From positions 35,520,588 to 35,584,476 of the forward strand of contig NC_068995.1 in the NCBI RefSeq assembly GCF_001194135.2: 63,889 nucleotides of DNA. The letters are read 5' to 3'. The translations under genes were made by a program, and so were the position numbers. The DNA comes from Octopus bimaculoides (taxonomy: Eukaryota). The notes beneath the pieces were generated by a model. It was not told the DNA's origin. It worked only from the letters and a program-made list of their open reading frames with translations, and did no database searches. This document shows positions 61,496-63,889 of the stretch, one piece after another (within the stretch, counting starts at the first letter, position 1; every line of letters starts with the position of its first letter).

Positions 61496-62527
61496 TATAT
61501 ATAGGCATATATATACGTGCTTATATATATATGTCAACCATGTATTTCTGTTATCTGTTTGTCAGTGTGATTTGGTCTAAGCACTAATGCTTTTGATCCT
61601 TCCCTCGTACCACCTTGTTCTTTAAGCCGTTGAAAGCTGTTACATTCTTATCATGTTTACATTAATATCAGATTTTTCTTTCTTTTCTCTTCTTGTTTTA
61701 TTTGTCTTAATATTAAACAATTGAGAATATTCGTGATTAAATAATTCAATAAATAAAACATTTTTGTTGTTGTTGTTGTCTATTAATCTTTTATCCTTGA
61801 AATCAATTGAGATATTCTGTATGCTGTTTCAACTTGTATTTATCGCTTCTTGTTATTATCACCAACATCAGTTGCAGTAATGTGATCAAGTTTCACAATG
61901 CCTCCTAGGTGACATTATCAATAACAGTATTCTCAACAGAAGTTTCAACGTGGGCATTATTAACAACAGCATTTGCGACTTCATCATCTTCGACATCCAA
62001 TATGACCAGATAAGTGCTTCTAGAACGCTCCAAGAAAATTCTCAAAATGAAAAAAAAGCTTTTTACGCTCATTAGTAGGTTTATTCCCACATTATATAAA
62101 GGTTACAACTTATAATTGAACGATTGGTTGCAAACTGAAGTAAATAGACGGAGAAAGAGAGCCTTACTTTTTCAATACCAATACGAATACTCAAAGTCAG
62201 TCGCTGGAACTGCAGATAAAAATAGTGAAATAGTCATATACTGTTTCTACCAACCTAAAAAAAAGCAGAAAATATAGTCCTAGATAGAACTAGAATGTCT
62301 TTCAATATGGATCATGGGTGAACAGGAGCTAAACAATTGTACTATCTTCTTCATCATTATCACTAAATTCATCTTTCTTTGCAGCACAGTGGCAGATACA
62401 TCAACAACCAAAATAGTAATACTGCCATCACTCACGAAGACAACATCACTGTCATAACACTACTCTCGGTGGAAATTTGGTGTTTTCCGGTCCTTGATTA
62501 TTAGGCCCGTGCAGTTTGCCTTGATCT

Positions 62528-62537
62528 CTTTATTATT

Positions 62538-62598
<61 letters not shown>
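62528..62598. repeat. (TTA)n microsatellite
   Basis: Direct reading. Confidence 0.95.
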
Positions 62599-62599
<1 letters not shown>

Positions 62600-62777
62600 A
62601 TTCAAATTACGACAAACGTAAATAAACAAACGAAGTTTGCTTTTAGAAGCGTTGAGATGTCTTTTAGAAAGTTAAAGAAGTGATTTTAAATTCTCAATCG
62701 CAGAATAATGCTAATAATATAGCCTGAACAGGATAAACTATCCCTATTTTGCAGAGAAAAGCGTAGGTGGCTAGCTA

Positions 62778-62971
62778 AGGCGGCGAGTTGGTAGAATCGT
62801 TAGCACGGTGAAATGCTTAGCATATTTCAGCTGCCGGTACGCTCTGATTTCAAATTCCGAGGTCGTCTTTACTTTTCATCCTCTCGCGGTCGATAAATTA
62901 AGTACTACCTGAGTACTGGAGTCGATGTCATCCACTTGTCCCTTCCCCAAAAAATTCGAGGCTTCTGTAGA

Positions 62972-63007
<36 letters not shown>

Positions 63008-63199
63008 CAGGGCGGTGAGCTAGCAGCATCGTTAACGGCATTTCGTTCATCTTTCTGTACTGAGTTAAAATTCCGCCGAGGCCGACTGTCCCTTTCATGC
63101 TTTCGGGATCGATAACTTAAGTACCAGTGAAACACTGCGGTCGATGTAGTCGACTTAATCCCCTCCCCCAAGCAGCCCTTGTGGCAAAAATTTGAAATC

Positions 63200-63250
<51 letters not shown>
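62778..63250 (+). mobile_element. Two tandem SINE family A copies (62778-62970 and 63010-63200), each followed by (TTA)n
   Basis: Heads ggcggcgagttggtagaatcgttagcac and gggcggtgagctagcagcatcgttaac, with shared bodies and (att)n tails. Confidence 0.88.
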
Positions 63251-63251
<1 letters not shown>

Positions 63252-63889
63252 GAGGAATTTTACTCATTATATTGATTATAAACTGCAAATCATAGCAATA
63301 AACTAACAAATCTAGTAATTAAATTTTAACAAAGAAATTTAGTTCATACATTACGAATATTAATGAGCATTAACATAATAATTTATAGCAATAATTAACA
63401 TAAAAATTGTTATAACTTCTCTTACTAAACACAAATTTTTCTAGAATGCCAACTAACTTACTAAACCAATATATTATTCATATCTAAACGATTACAAATG
63501 TGAATCTAAACATTTCGCATGTATTAATGTAAAAAAAACTTATTTCATGTTATATATGTTACAACCATGAACATATTCATAAAATTTAAATTGCCATTGC
63601 CATGAATAAATATTTATTATATATTTTTCAGAACAATTTCCTTATAATGTAAGCAATGCAATTTTGCATTACTGCATCTGATCTGAATTCCATACAAACA
63701 TTTCTCTAGCAAACGACATGCTTAACTATACAAACATGAATACGTACCCATATACATACATATGGGCGCATATGTGTGTATTATTTATATATATAACTTA
63801 TTCTTATATATTTACATATATATATACATAAATACATACATTACATAAATGTATATATATACACACATATACAAACATACCTATATATA

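Overview
AT-rich, repeat-dominated eukaryotic genomic DNA from a gapped draft assembly, with 12 N-runs, nearly all abutting microsatellites. The tRNA-derived SINE, mariner-MITE and Dong/R4-like LINE sequences resemble those I recognise from octopod cephalopods (Octopus-like); this is an inference, not searched. Only one host protein-coding gene is supportable: an intronless-CDS class A peptide-type GPCR (36787-37908, +) with a clear splice acceptor just upstream of its ATG. The rest is decayed mobile DNA: about 8 fragments of RLE-type non-LTR retrotransposons (R4/Dong-like) mostly embedded in (TAA)n, three related Tc1-like copies with DD36E spacing, another Tc1, several mariners and MITEs, at least 3 SINE families and Penelope-like termini. 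The most unusual signals are (i) an isolated, near-perfect 13-pentamer heat-shock-element array (58492-58556); (ii) two diverged relics of an unclassified gag/ORF1-like CCHC protein family without any ORF2, one retaining a TATA+Inr promoter next to a 300-bp fold-back element with nested palindromes; (iii) two hammerhead-ribozyme-like motifs; (iv) an A..A'B..B' microhomology-joined duplication upstream of the GPCR; and (v) a SINE inserted antisense inside a copy of its own family. No prokaryotic systems or CRISPR arrays are present. Most ORFs in the supplied track are artefacts of microsatellites, gaps or pseudogenised transposons.
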